A stretch of DNA of 64,000 bases from Candidatus Omnitrophota bacterium (GTDB lineage Bacteria > Omnitrophota > Gorgyraeia > Gygaellales > Profunditerraquicolaceae): assembly GCA_028715415.1 (NCBI GenBank), contig JAQURX010000010.1, positions 3,668 through 67,667 on the forward strand, in the 5' to 3' direction. Position numbers and translations under genes: made by a program. Positions 48,411-57,959 of the stretch are shown here, piece after piece (within the stretch, counting starts at the first letter, position 1; every line of letters starts with the position of its first letter). A model generated the notes under the pieces. The model saw only the letters and a list, made by a program, of their open reading frames with translations, was not told where the DNA came from and made no database searches.

Positions 48411-48851
48411 TTACTTTTTAGCTTCGTATGGTTCAAAATGTAAATATTCTGATTCTAAAGGTGCTAACTTCGGTTCACCTACTCCAAATATTTCATATAA
48501 ACCTTGGGAGTTCTCTGGAGGCACTGTCGGATTCTTACACCAACCAACAGTAAATTTTAATATTTTAACTTGATTATTTCCACCTTTAATCCATTCTCTA
48601 ACCACAAAGGTAAAAGTTGCAAAATCTTTGTTTAATGGATCTGTTTTAAAATTATGTTCTATATTCTCAATTGTCCCCACTGCTATCCAATCAGAAACTT
48701 GCAGGCATTTTTCTTCAGAATATTTACCAGAAACATTCCCTCCGTAAATAGGAAGGTTTTTCTCACAAACCACCCCTTTATATTCGCAATCTTTGGTGGC
48801 AAAAGCATAAACTGGCAATAAGAATAGAACTACGAGTAGGTATTTTTTCAT
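48411..48851 (-). CDS. Secreted Cys-containing hypothetical protein
   Basis: 146 aa, signal peptide MKKYLLVVLFLLPVYAFA. Confidence 0.3.
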   Translation of the reverse strand: MKKYLLVVLFLLPVYAFATKDCEYKGVVCEKNLPIYGGNVSGKYSEEKCLQVSDWIAVGTIENIEHNFKTDPLNKDFATFTFVVREWIKGGNNQVKILKFTVGWCKNPTVPPENSQGLYEIFGVGEPKLAPLESEYLHFEPYEAKK

Positions 48852-48857
48852 TTATTA

Positions 48858-49766
48858 TTATCTAAACATTCCTTCTAAATTTCCACCCAAGATATCAGCT
48901 TTGTCTTCCTCGCTAATATCTAAATTCTTTACCGCAGCAATACCTGCGGAGAAATCTTTTTTTGCCGGCCAGTCGCTGCCCCACAATAAATGCTTAGGCC
49001 CTAGTAAATCAAGCGCCAATAAAAAATTAGTTTTAACTTTATCACCGCTTGTATCTACATAAATATTCTTTAAAAAGTCAGTAGGATTTCCTTTTAGATC
49101 CTTTACAAAATTTATCCCGCGCAGCATTTGATAAGTTGTGTCAAACCTGTGCTGTAAAAATGGGATTGCTCCTCCAAAATGCGCAAAAATGAATTTTACC
49201 TTGGGAAAATCGCGCAATATATCAGACATTAAAAGCTTGCCAATACACATCGTAGTATCAAAAACATATTCGATTACCGGAGTAAGCAAAGGATCGTTAA
49301 CCCTTTCAAATCCAATAGGATTAACTATCTGGGAATGCACAAAAATCGGCAGATTCTGCTCCTGGGCCTGCCTATATATAGGTAAGAACATAGGGTCATC
49401 CAGATACATCCCATTGTAGCTTGAAGCAAGAGAAATTGCCCTAAACCCAAGCTCTCCGGTAACCCTGGTTAATTCATCCTGAAGATTCTTGGCACTATCA
49501 ACCGGTAATACAGCAGCACCAATAAACTTATCAGGGTAACGCTTTAAAATCTTAGCTACATTATCATTAAAGAGCCGAGCTACAAGAGAAATACTTCCTA
49601 GCTTTAAATGTGCATCAGAAGTCGGATAACTTAACACCGCTTTATCAATCCCAGCTTCCCCCATCAACTTAACTTGAGACTCGATATCCCCCCAAGCTTT
49701 AGAGAAAAAATGGGCGTTCGTTATTATCTCATCCGGCAACCAATGTGAGTGCGCGTCAATTATCAT
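48858..49766 (-). CDS. Amidohydrolase-2 (ACMSD-like) family metal-dependent hydrolase/decarboxylase
   Basis: 302 aa, MIIDAHSHW N-terminal metal-binding motif typical of PF04909. Confidence 0.65.
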   Translation of the reverse strand: MIIDAHSHWLPDEIITNAHFFSKAWGDIESQVKLMGEAGIDKAVLSYPTSDAHLKLGSISLVARLFNDNVAKILKRYPDKFIGAAVLPVDSAKNLQDELTRVTGELGFRAISLASSYNGMYLDDPMFLPIYRQAQEQNLPIFVHSQIVNPIGFERVNDPLLTPVIEYVFDTTMCIGKLLMSDILRDFPKVKFIFAHFGGAIPFLQHRFDTTYQMLRGINFVKDLKGNPTDFLKNIYVDTSGDKVKTNFLLALDLLGPKHLLWGSDWPAKKDFSAGIAAVKNLDISEEDKADILGGNLEGMFR

Positions 49767-50224
49767 TAATGCTCCGTACTCTTTAAAATTCTTTCTGTCA
49801 TTTCAATTTCATAGAGAAACTTTATTTCCGCTAAAACTTTTTTCCCGAATTCTTTTACAATTACGCTTTCAATTGCCTTTAACTTTAAAACCAGAAAATA
49901 ATACTCTGGCCTAAGCCTGGCCCCATCAAATTTTAAATTATTTCCCTCAACCAGTTTATTCTGGATATAAACTTTAAACTCATCAATATATTTCTGAGCA
50001 AGCTTTGGCTTATCCAGCTTATTTAAATCTTTTAAGATAATCTTATCAATTTCAACCTGCGTAAACTTGCGTTCAATTTTATCAAGCGCTTCTTTTGTTG
50101 TTTTGTAGAACCACACTAAGTAGCGTTTCTTTAAGTTTTTCGTATCGAGCTTGTCCACAGTTGCCTCCTGCTTTATTGTGCCATTCCTGCGCAAATTGTC
50201 ATCCCTGCGAAAGCAGGGATCCAC
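49766..50224 (-). CDS. Hypothetical protein (annotated N-terminus reads through an intergenic palindromic repeat; the real start is probably internal)
   Basis: 152-aa ORF; its first about 10 codons are encoded by the hairpin repeat at 50198-50221. Confidence 0.3.
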   Translation of the reverse strand: MDPCFRRDDNLRRNGTIKQEATVDKLDTKNLKKRYLVWFYKTTKEALDKIERKFTQVEIDKIILKDLNKLDKPKLAQKYIDEFKVYIQNKLVEGNNLKFDGARLRPEYYFLVLKLKAIESVIVKEFGKKVLAEIKFLYEIEMTERILKSTEH

Positions 50225-50259
50225 TACATCGTGTAGATTCCCGCTTTCGCGGGAATGAC
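50198..50259. repeat. Pair of inverted 24-nt hairpin motifs (GTCATCCCTGCGAAAGCAGGGATC / GATTCCCGCTTTCGCGGGAATGAC), REP/BIME-like
   Basis: Each unit is a 7-bp GC stem with GAAA-type loop. Unit 2 is the near reverse complement of unit 1 (2 mismatches), separated by the 14-nt segment cactacatcgtgta (50222-50235, internally taca..tgta). Confidence 0.6.
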
Positions 50260-50267
50260 AGCCTTTT

Positions 50268-51044
50268 TCATTTATTCGGATGTTCCTGCTTAAACGGAAT
50301 TACCGGAGCTGTCCAGGGAGTCTGCTGATTGATAATCGCAATCTCCAAAGGGCAAACATTCGCGGGAACAGTTAAAGCAAATTTTACTGCATTTTCAATT
50401 GCTTCGGTAGACATAAGCCTTGAGGCATCCCCGGTAATTTCTTTTAATTTACCGGTTAAATCAGTGTCTGTTACCCCCGGCAATAAAGATGTAACCTTAA
50501 TCCCATGATCACGCACCTCCCAGAATAAACCTTTTAGGAAAGCACGCAGCCCAACTTTTAATGAACTATAGACGATAAAATTTCTTGGCAAAGGATCGCA
50601 AAGTGTTGAACCTGAAACCATATTAATAATTGCGCCTGACTTAGCCTTAATCATATCATTAATGACTAAGCGAATTAACCGCACATATCCTAAATAATTA
50701 GTGTGCGCTAATCTTTCAAAATCTTCTATCGGTTGATCCTGAAAAGGATATTGGCTGGATACACCTGCGTTATTGATCAAAATATCGATTTTGCCAAATT
50801 TCTCTTTAGTTTTATTTACTAAATTATCCAAATCCTCTAACTTTGTGACATCACAGGCGATTGGCAATACCTCAACATTATATTTCTTTGCAATCTCATC
50901 TGCAGTTTCTTTTAACGGTTCAATTTGGCGCGCGGCAATAGCAACATTTACGCCTAAACTCGCTACTGTTGAAGCTAATGCCTTGCCAATCCCGCGGCTA
51001 GCTCCTGTTACAATCGCTACCTTACCTTTTAAATTATCACTCAT
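50268..51044 (-). CDS. Short-chain dehydrogenase/reductase (SDR), candidate ketoreductase
   Basis: KVAIVTGASRGIGK Rossmann motif, NNAG, catalytic YxxxK (YSSLK); likely start at MSDNL (51044). Confidence 0.8.
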   Translation of the reverse strand: MSDNLKGKVAIVTGASRGIGKALASTVASLGVNVAIAARQIEPLKETADEIAKKYNVEVLPIACDVTKLEDLDNLVNKTKEKFGKIDILINNAGVSSQYPFQDQPIEDFERLAHTNYLGYVRLIRLVINDMIKAKSGAIINMVSGSTLCDPLPRNFIVYSSLKVGLRAFLKGLFWEVRDHGIKVTSLLPGVTDTDLTGKLKEITGDASRLMSTEAIENAVKFALTVPANVCPLEIAIINQQTPWTAPVIPFKQEHPNK

Positions 51045-52164
51045 TACTCCTCCCTGGTTTAATCGGTGAAACAAAAAGCAATATTATTAATCCCAAACAA
51101 AAAATAATAAAACCAAAAGTAAAACTTTTTTGTAAAATTATGCCGCTTAATGCAGCTCCTAAGCCACCGGATACAAAACGCACGCTGCTATTTAAACTTG
51201 CCGCCTCATTTATAGAATCCCGCGGCAGGTCAGTAAGCATAGTTGATAGGCCTGCGTGGTTAAAAGTCCAGCCCAAACCCCAGATAACCATAATTATAGC
51301 AAAGACAAAAAGCGGAAGATGGAAAATCAAAAGAAAAATACTTAAAATCATTAAAATAATTCCTAAATCCACTGTCTTTACTCTGCCAAGCTTATCTGCA
51401 AGGTCTCCTCCGATAACCTCACCAAAAACTCCGCTTAAGCTTGTCAAAGTAATGAGCATACTGATTAAGAATTGCCCAAAACAAAACTTGGTTGAGAAAT
51501 AAACCCCTAACCACTGCTGAACCCCATGGTAAATTAAGCTGATAAAGAAGATATAAGTAAAAATTGCGAATATCTTTTTATCTCTTAAAACATCAAGGTA
51601 ATTTACCTTAAATTTAGTTAGATCACTTTTAAAACTAGGCAAATAAAAAAACATTACAATGCTCAAAATAAATCCAATTATCGCAGGAAGTATAAAGATA
51701 AGTCGCCAATAAATTATTCCGCTTAAAAATAACCCGGCAAGCGAAGCGACAAAGGTTGCGCCAAAAAATATTCCTACAAATTTTCCGCGTTTATCCGGCT
51801 CCATGTGCTTTGCTATTAAAACAAGCCCGAGGGGGATAACGGAAGCGCCGAAAAAACCCATTAAGAATCTTGCTAAGAAAAGAGTTTTAATATTTGCAGC
51901 AAAACCTGCTAAAAGATTAGCAACAGAGAAGAAAAAGATGGAAATCAACTCTACTTTTCTTGCATCTACCGCCCTGATTAATGGCCCGTATAAAAGTGCA
52001 GCTAAGCCATAAGGCAGCATATACATCCAGATAATCTTACCAGCTATAAACTGAGAAAGAACAAATTCATGGGCAATTGAAGGCACTATAGCTGCGCTTG
52101 CAGCGACATTAAACGAAAGAACAGCACCTTCTAAACAAAGGATGATAAAAGTAAATTTCTTCAC
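51037..52164 (-). CDS. MFS transporter (candidate exporter of the cluster product)
   Basis: 375 aa, 12 TM, MFS loop signature. Confidence 0.7.
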   Translation of the reverse strand: MKKFTFIILCLEGAVLSFNVAASAAIVPSIAHEFVLSQFIAGKIIWMYMLPYGLAALLYGPLIRAVDARKVELISIFFFSVANLLAGFAANIKTLFLARFLMGFFGASVIPLGLVLIAKHMEPDKRGKFVGIFFGATFVASLAGLFLSGIIYWRLIFILPAIIGFILSIVMFFYLPSFKSDLTKFKVNYLDVLRDKKIFAIFTYIFFISLIYHGVQQWLGVYFSTKFCFGQFLISMLITLTSLSGVFGEVIGGDLADKLGRVKTVDLGIILMILSIFLLIFHLPLFVFAIIMVIWGLGWTFNHAGLSTMLTDLPRDSINEAASLNSSVRFVSGGLGAALSGIILQKSFTFGFIIFCLGLIILLFVSPIKPGRSNE

Positions 52165-52604
52165 TTACTACTAGCTTCTCGCTCAATTACCTTTTTAAAT
52201 ATCTCTAAGTTTTCTTTGGAATGCTTATTAATAAACCCTTCCACCTGCTCGTCGTTAAACTTAGCTTTATCATCCATCTCAAAGTGTTGAATCCAAGTCA
52301 ACTCTATCCCCTGAGGTTTCGGCGTATAAAGCCAGATAATCTTCATGTATTTAAAAGGGAATTTCGGCTCATGCCTTTCGGCATAGGCAAAATACTTATC
52401 TTTAAAAAGCAGCCTCCAGGATACCCAGGATTTATCTTCATCATCAGTTAAACGGAAGGTAATTTTGTTATCTTTCTTCTCAACTACCTCTGCCTTTTTA
52501 TATTCTCCGCCGAATAGCTCAGTCCAGCGCGGGATATCATTAGAAATATCAAAAATTAATTCATAAGGTGCGTTAATAATTATGGAATTACAAGTATGCC
52601 CCAT
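52161..52604 (-). CDS. SRPBCC-superfamily protein (polyketide cyclase/aromatase TcmN-like fold)
   Basis: 147 aa, size and hydrophobic-pocket pattern of Polyketide_cyc2/START-like proteins. Confidence 0.5.
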   Translation of the reverse strand: MGHTCNSIIINAPYELIFDISNDIPRWTELFGGEYKKAEVVEKKDNKITFRLTDDEDKSWVSWRLLFKDKYFAYAERHEPKFPFKYMKIIWLYTPKPQGIELTWIQHFEMDDKAKFNDEQVEGFINKHSKENLEIFKKVIEREASSK

Positions 52605-52619
52605 TTTATTTCTCCTTTT

Positions 52620-52937
52620 TTACTCTTTCCCGAATAAGCTTAATAAAATTGCCAAGTCTTTCTTTGCGCTTAATGAATGAGGCGCATTTTTTGGCATAAA
52701 AATAAAAACCCCCGGCTTCATTTTAATCTTCTTTCCATTTAAAACAAAAATCCCTTCTCCTTTTAACACGGTAACTGCTGCTTCGCGGGTAGATGTATGC
52801 TCGGAGATATCGCTTCCTTTTGCTAAACACATCAAAGTATAATTAGAAGTGGGAGTCTTGACCAAAACTTTGCTGAAAATCCCTTCTTTGGGGAATTCCA
52901 TCATTTTTTCTAACTCTTTGAATATAGAATTTATCAT
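52620..52937 (-). CDS. Cupin-2 domain protein (TcmJ-like)
   Basis: 105 aa, two cupin motifs (G(X)5H..E...G and PxxxxH: ISEHTSTREAAVTVLKGEG...PKNAPHS). Confidence 0.6.
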   Translation of the reverse strand: MINSIFKELEKMMEFPKEGIFSKVLVKTPTSNYTLMCLAKGSDISEHTSTREAAVTVLKGEGIFVLNGKKIKMKPGVFIFMPKNAPHSLSAKKDLAILLSLFGKE

Positions 52938-52938
52938 T

Positions 52939-53736
52939 TTATATAATTGCTACAACTCTTGACCAGGCAGCTCCTGTATTTTTAATCTTTACCGGGAAAC
53001 AAATGATTTTAAATCCGGAGGAAGGCAGCTTTTCTAAATTTGCTAACCTTTCAATATGGATAAATTCTCTCTTGCGGCCGTAAAAATGCGCTGGATACAA
53101 ATACTTGATGTCTTTCTTCTCTAAGAATTCCTTAAGCATAAATCTATAAGGCCTATCTATCCCCATTGTATCTACCCCGAAGATTTTAATACCTCTATCT
53201 AAGAGATAATCAATCGCAGAAATATCAACCCCGGGATAGTCTGAGAAATATTTCGGCCCACCATATAACTTATCCGCCCCCGTATGCAGAATTACAATAT
53301 CCAATGGCTTTAATTTATAATTTACCTTTGCAAGGCCTGCTTCAATATCAGAAGCAGCAATAGTTTCGTTTGGTTTTTTATGAGTTAAATCAAGTTTTAC
53401 CCCATCTTGATAACAATATTCAAGGGGGATTTCTTCTGCAGTTTTTGCTGGGCGATTCTCTGAACGAGAACCGTAATGAAATGAATAATCAAGGTGAGTG
53501 CCGATATGAACCGGAGAATGCACAACTTCTAAAGAAAGAAACTCTTCATCCGGAAGGTCTTCTTTTTTTAAGATGCGTTTCCCTAAAGCATATTTAATCT
53601 TGCCTAAAAGAGTCTTGCCCATGATAACGCGGTTAAACTTCTCTACACCTGCCGAGTGAGTTACGCGTTCAATAGCTACTTTGTGTACTTCAAAAGCTTT
53701 ATCGTCTATAGGAAGGCTTAAGTCAATTATTTGCAT
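52939..53736 (-). CDS. Putative cyclase family protein (PF04199, kynurenine-formamidase-like fold)
   Basis: 265 aa with HSPVHIGTHLDYSFHYG (HxGTHxDxPxH) metal-binding motif. Confidence 0.65.
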   Translation of the reverse strand: MQIIDLSLPIDDKAFEVHKVAIERVTHSAGVEKFNRVIMGKTLLGKIKYALGKRILKKEDLPDEEFLSLEVVHSPVHIGTHLDYSFHYGSRSENRPAKTAEEIPLEYCYQDGVKLDLTHKKPNETIAASDIEAGLAKVNYKLKPLDIVILHTGADKLYGGPKYFSDYPGVDISAIDYLLDRGIKIFGVDTMGIDRPYRFMLKEFLEKKDIKYLYPAHFYGRKREFIHIERLANLEKLPSSGFKIICFPVKIKNTGAAWSRVVAII

Positions 53737-53758
53737 AGAGAATACCCCTACAAAAAGA

Positions 53759-54004
53759 TTACGCCTTGATCAGTTTAGACTCAACCACTTTCACAATATC
53801 ATTTATAGTTGAAGATTTTGTGATTTCCTTAGGGCTTAATTTTGTACTGAATTCTTTTTCAAGCGCAATAACCGTTTCTACCATTTCCGTTGAGTCAACG
53901 CCAATACTCTCTAATAAACTTAAATCATCTCTTAATTCTTCTGGCCTTACTTTTAAGAGTTTTACAAGGCAGTCTTTAATTTTTTGTTTTGTATCCATTA
54001 TCAT
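53759..54004 (-). CDS. Acyl carrier protein
   Basis: About 80 aa from MIMDTKQK; phosphopantetheine-attachment context LESIGVDSTEMVETV (DS motif) in a four-helix-sized protein. Confidence 0.7.
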   Translation of the reverse strand: MIMDTKQKIKDCLVKLLKVRPEELRDDLSLLESIGVDSTEMVETVIALEKEFSTKLSPKEITKSSTINDIVKVVESKLIKA

Positions 54005-54008
54005 CTCC

Positions 54009-55469
54009 TTATATCTGCACTTCACCCTTTGTCGCTGCTGCTTCCCATTTATTAATTCCATTCATAACATCCTGAAAGCAAAGCTTAGCAAGCGGGTCAA
54101 AATTACTTTCCATAATCCGGTTGATTCTTCCGGGTTTTGAGAAAAATTCACGCATGCACCATGAACCAAGGCGCCCTAAATCTTCTGTAGTTAAATGGTC
54201 GGTTGGAATAACCGGATGCAGAAAATCCCAAGTACTGAAATCAACCTTCTTTGGATCCATCCAATTCTTCTTTAAAGCAATCCTCCACATTGGTGAATTC
54301 GGAGCAGGCGTAACGTAACCCACCCACATAATATCCGGATCCACTGCGTCGGTAAATTCAAACCGCTTCTTAATAATCTCCTCAGTATCATAATCAAAAC
54401 CCATCATAATATCGGCAACTATCGCAATATCCTGCTTACGCAAAATTTCAATCGTCTTTTGAATCTGGTCTATTGTGATACCTTTTGCTATTCTTTTAAG
54501 CTCTGACTGCGTTGTAACCTCTATACCAAATACGCCCATAAACAACCCTGTCTCTTTCATTAAAGGAAGGACTGATTCGCAATTAACCCAGTCAATTGCA
54601 CGCCCTAAAGATACCCATTTAATTGGGTTATTCGCTGCTTTTTTAAGCTCGCAGAATTTCTGCACTCTCTTGGGATCCACGTTAAAATTGTCATCCTGGA
54701 TAACTACAACCTTAACCCCGTATTTTTTATGCAAAAGATTAAGCTCTTCCATGACTCTTTCCGGGCTCTTTGCGCGCCACTTTAAGAAATCAGACGGTGA
54801 ACGCGGGTCAAACTGGTCCCATTCATAACAAAATGTGCACGCTGAAGGACAGCCTCGGGAAGTCACCATATCCACAAACGGCTTCCAATAAGTATGCCCC
54901 ACATATTTATCCATTGGAAATAAATCATAGGCGGGAAGTGGTAATTTATCCAAATCTTCCATGAGCGGCTTATGCGGGCCCATTACAATCTCACCATCAA
55001 TACGAGAAGTTACACCGCCCACATCTTTTAAACTTTTCTTTTTATCTATTGCCTCAATTAAATCTCCGAAAGATTCCTCTTCTCCCATTACTACAAAATC
55101 AACTGCCGGATTCTCTTCTAAAGTTGGTACTGGCATGGCCGAATACCACAAGCCGCCAAAGATTATCTTTGTTTTAGGTAATGCCTTTTTAATTTTTTGT
55201 GCTGCCTCTTTAAAATGCCTTAATACGCCGTATCCGCCATAACCATGCAACTGTTCACCCATTACAACAACATCAGGATTCTTCTCTTTAACCTGTTCAA
55301 CTAATTCATCCATGGGTGTTTGAAATGCTTTCCCGTCGATAACTGCAACATCGGTATAGCCTCTCTCGCGGACATATGCTGCCCAATGCGCATAGAGCTG
55401 ATTTGGGGACCTGTGGATTCCGTGCGTTGCCCATGCGCCTACCTTAGGCATTACAAATAGAATTTTCAT
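54009..55469 (-). CDS. Cobalamin-binding (class B) radical SAM enzyme
   Basis: N-terminal B12-binding Rossmann-like domain (MKILFVMPK...), radical SAM CPSACTFC (CxxxCxxC); 486 aa. Confidence 0.8.
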   Translation of the reverse strand: MKILFVMPKVGAWATHGIHRSPNQLYAHWAAYVRERGYTDVAVIDGKAFQTPMDELVEQVKEKNPDVVVMGEQLHGYGGYGVLRHFKEAAQKIKKALPKTKIIFGGLWYSAMPVPTLEENPAVDFVVMGEEESFGDLIEAIDKKKSLKDVGGVTSRIDGEIVMGPHKPLMEDLDKLPLPAYDLFPMDKYVGHTYWKPFVDMVTSRGCPSACTFCYEWDQFDPRSPSDFLKWRAKSPERVMEELNLLHKKYGVKVVVIQDDNFNVDPKRVQKFCELKKAANNPIKWVSLGRAIDWVNCESVLPLMKETGLFMGVFGIEVTTQSELKRIAKGITIDQIQKTIEILRKQDIAIVADIMMGFDYDTEEIIKKRFEFTDAVDPDIMWVGYVTPAPNSPMWRIALKKNWMDPKKVDFSTWDFLHPVIPTDHLTTEDLGRLGSWCMREFFSKPGRINRIMESNFDPLAKLCFQDVMNGINKWEAAATKGEVQI

Positions 55470-56704
55470 TACTTATCTCCTTTCTCAACTATCAATACTG
55501 AGTTTATTCCGCCTCTACCGCGGGAAATTATCATCGCCTTATTTATATTATGCGTTCTTGCTTCCTTTTGAACAAAATTTAAACCATCAACAGCAGGATT
55601 CTCTAAATTTGTTGTTGGAGGAACTAACTTATTTTCCATTGCAAGAAGTGTAATAATCATGTCTATTGCCCCGCTTGCTCCAAGTAAATTTCCGAAGCTT
55701 GACTTTGGGCAGCTTACGGGAATCTTTGCCGCATGCGCTCCAAATACACTTTTTATTGCAGCAATCTCAGAATTATCCCAGATATCCACAGCCAAACCAT
55801 CTAAACTGATGTAATCAATCCCCTCTGGATTAACCTTTGCATCAGCTAACGCTATATTAATCGCCCGGGCTAACTGTTTACCGTCGCGATCGGGATTAAT
55901 CCTGTCACGCCCGTCGCATGAAGTCCCATAACCGCTGATAAACCCTAAAACATTCACTCCTCTTTGCTTGGCCCGCTCAACACTTTCCATCACAACTATA
56001 CCAGCACCCTCTCCAATAACAAATCCGTCGCGTTTTTTATCAAACGGCCTATATGCTGATTCCGGATGTTCATTATTTCTTGAAAGCGCGCCGTATGTAT
56101 TACAGCAAAGCAGCGAATAAGGAGTAACGGGGGCTTCCATGCCTCCGGCTAAAATCATATTAAGTTTATTTTTGCTTAAAACTTTGCGCGCATAGCCTAA
56201 TGCCATTAAAGATCCGGCCCTATCAGCAACAACAGTTTTAGAAAATCCCTTTATCCCATAATAAATTGAAACCTGTCCTTGGGGTGCTGCGGGAAACCAT
56301 GCCGAAGCCATATAAGGAGAAACTCCCTCGCGGCCTTCAATATACAAATCGCGTAATTCTGTTTCAGCATAAAGCCAGCCGCCGATAGCGTTACCTAAGA
56401 ATATCCCAACCAATTTTGGATCTTCGTTTTTTATATCGATCTTCGCATCAAGAAGAGCTAACTCAGAAGCAATCAAGGCCATGTGAGAAAATGCGTCTAT
56501 CTTTTTAAGAAGCCGTTCTGAAACATGGCTGTATTTTTCCAAATCATCAATCTGTCCTGCAATATGCGAAGGGTACCTCGAAGCATCAAAACGCGTAATA
56601 TTCTTTATAAAGTTTCTTCCTGCCTTAACATTTGCCCAAAACTGCCGCTTTCCTATCCCGGAAGGAGCCACAACACCTATACCGGTTATTGCAATCTTAT
56701 CCAT
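55469..56704 (-). CDS. Ketosynthase-like protein lacking the Cys/His/His triad (chain-length-factor/KS-beta-like)
   Basis: Thiolase-fold KS N- and C-domains, but active-site positions read TVVADRAGSLMAL (no Cys), TSCDGRD and ISLDGLAVD (no His). Overlaps the upstream KS gene by 8 nt. Confidence 0.8.
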   Translation of the reverse strand: MDKIAITGIGVVAPSGIGKRQFWANVKAGRNFIKNITRFDASRYPSHIAGQIDDLEKYSHVSERLLKKIDAFSHMALIASELALLDAKIDIKNEDPKLVGIFLGNAIGGWLYAETELRDLYIEGREGVSPYMASAWFPAAPQGQVSIYYGIKGFSKTVVADRAGSLMALGYARKVLSKNKLNMILAGGMEAPVTPYSLLCCNTYGALSRNNEHPESAYRPFDKKRDGFVIGEGAGIVVMESVERAKQRGVNVLGFISGYGTSCDGRDRINPDRDGKQLARAINIALADAKVNPEGIDYISLDGLAVDIWDNSEIAAIKSVFGAHAAKIPVSCPKSSFGNLLGASGAIDMIITLLAMENKLVPPTTNLENPAVDGLNFVQKEARTHNINKAMIISRGRGGINSVLIVEKGDK

Positions 56705-57959
56705 TGTATCTCCTTAAAATTAAAGACGAATGAATCCCAGAAAAACCGCTACTTGTTTTAAGTATTGTGTTTACTTTTTTAGCCCTTGCAACATTAGGTA
56801 TATAATCCAAGTCGCATAAGGGGTCTTTTTCTTCCTGATTTATCGTAGGAGGAAGAATATTCTTCTCAAAAATCATACAACATATGGTAAATTCCACTGC
56901 ATTTGCCGCAGCCAAAGGATGTCCGATCATTGATTTAAGAGAACTAATCGGAAGTTTATAAGCATAATCACCGAAAATTGTTTTATATGCATTGGTTTCA
57001 AAGATATCATTCATACGAGTTGAGGAACCATGTGCATTGATATAATCTATTTCACTGGGCTTCATCCCAGCATCTTTAAATGCAAGATCAATGCAGCTGC
57101 TCATAGCCCCTCCATCCGAAGGAAGGTCTGTCATATGAAAAGCATTGCAGCTTGTGCCAAAACCCATTACTTCTGCATAAATACGCGCATTTCTTTTTAG
57201 GGCATGATTTAATTCTTCCAAAACCAATATCCCAGCGCCTTCAGAAAGGACAAACCCGTTACGCTTATTATCAAACGGCCGAGAAGCTTTTTCCGGATTC
57301 TCGTTATTAACTGCCAAAACATTAACTACATCAAAAGCGCCAAATGTAATTGGCGTAAGGGGCGCTTCTGCAGCGCCACAAATCATGATATCCTGCTCTC
57401 CATCCTGAATAGTCTCAAGGCCAAAACCCATTGAGTCTGTCCCGGCAGTACACCCTGTAGATAGAGTATTACAAATTCCTTTTAATCCATACCGGGCGCT
57501 AATCTCGATTGAGGGAGTATTAAACATCGCGGCATCATACAAATCAGGGCGGACCCTTGAAGGATCAATGGGATTCTTACCGTCGTCGGTAACAAGGGCA
57601 AATTCCTCTTCCATGTATTTTGTCCCACAGATAGCATTAGCAAGGCAAACCCCGACTCTTTCCGGATCTTCCTTAGAAAAATCAAGGTTACTATCTTTTA
57701 TCGCCATGTCCCCTGCTGTTACTCCAAACTGCACATATCTATCCATGCGCACTGCTTCATCATGGGTAAGCCCCAGTTTAAAAGGATCAAAATCCCTTGC
57801 CTCGGCGGCAATCTTTGTATTAAAAACAGAGACATCAAAACTATCCACTAACCTAACTCCAGACTTTCCTCCCGACATCCCTTTCCAGGCATTTTCCTTA
57901 CCAATACCATTGGGAGAAATCACACCGATACCCGTAATAACAACTCTACGCTTAGACAT
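56697..57959 (-). CDS. Beta-ketoacyl synthase (KS-alpha/FabF-like, catalytically intact)
   Basis: Active-site Cys in LSTGCTAGTDSMG; His in AFHMTD and NAHGSSTRMND; KSMIGHPLAAA C-terminal motif. Confidence 0.85.
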   Translation of the reverse strand: MSKRRVVITGIGVISPNGIGKENAWKGMSGGKSGVRLVDSFDVSVFNTKIAAEARDFDPFKLGLTHDEAVRMDRYVQFGVTAGDMAIKDSNLDFSKEDPERVGVCLANAICGTKYMEEEFALVTDDGKNPIDPSRVRPDLYDAAMFNTPSIEISARYGLKGICNTLSTGCTAGTDSMGFGLETIQDGEQDIMICGAAEAPLTPITFGAFDVVNVLAVNNENPEKASRPFDNKRNGFVLSEGAGILVLEELNHALKRNARIYAEVMGFGTSCNAFHMTDLPSDGGAMSSCIDLAFKDAGMKPSEIDYINAHGSSTRMNDIFETNAYKTIFGDYAYKLPISSLKSMIGHPLAAANAVEFTICCMIFEKNILPPTINQEEKDPLCDLDYIPNVARAKKVNTILKTSSGFSGIHSSLILRRYNG

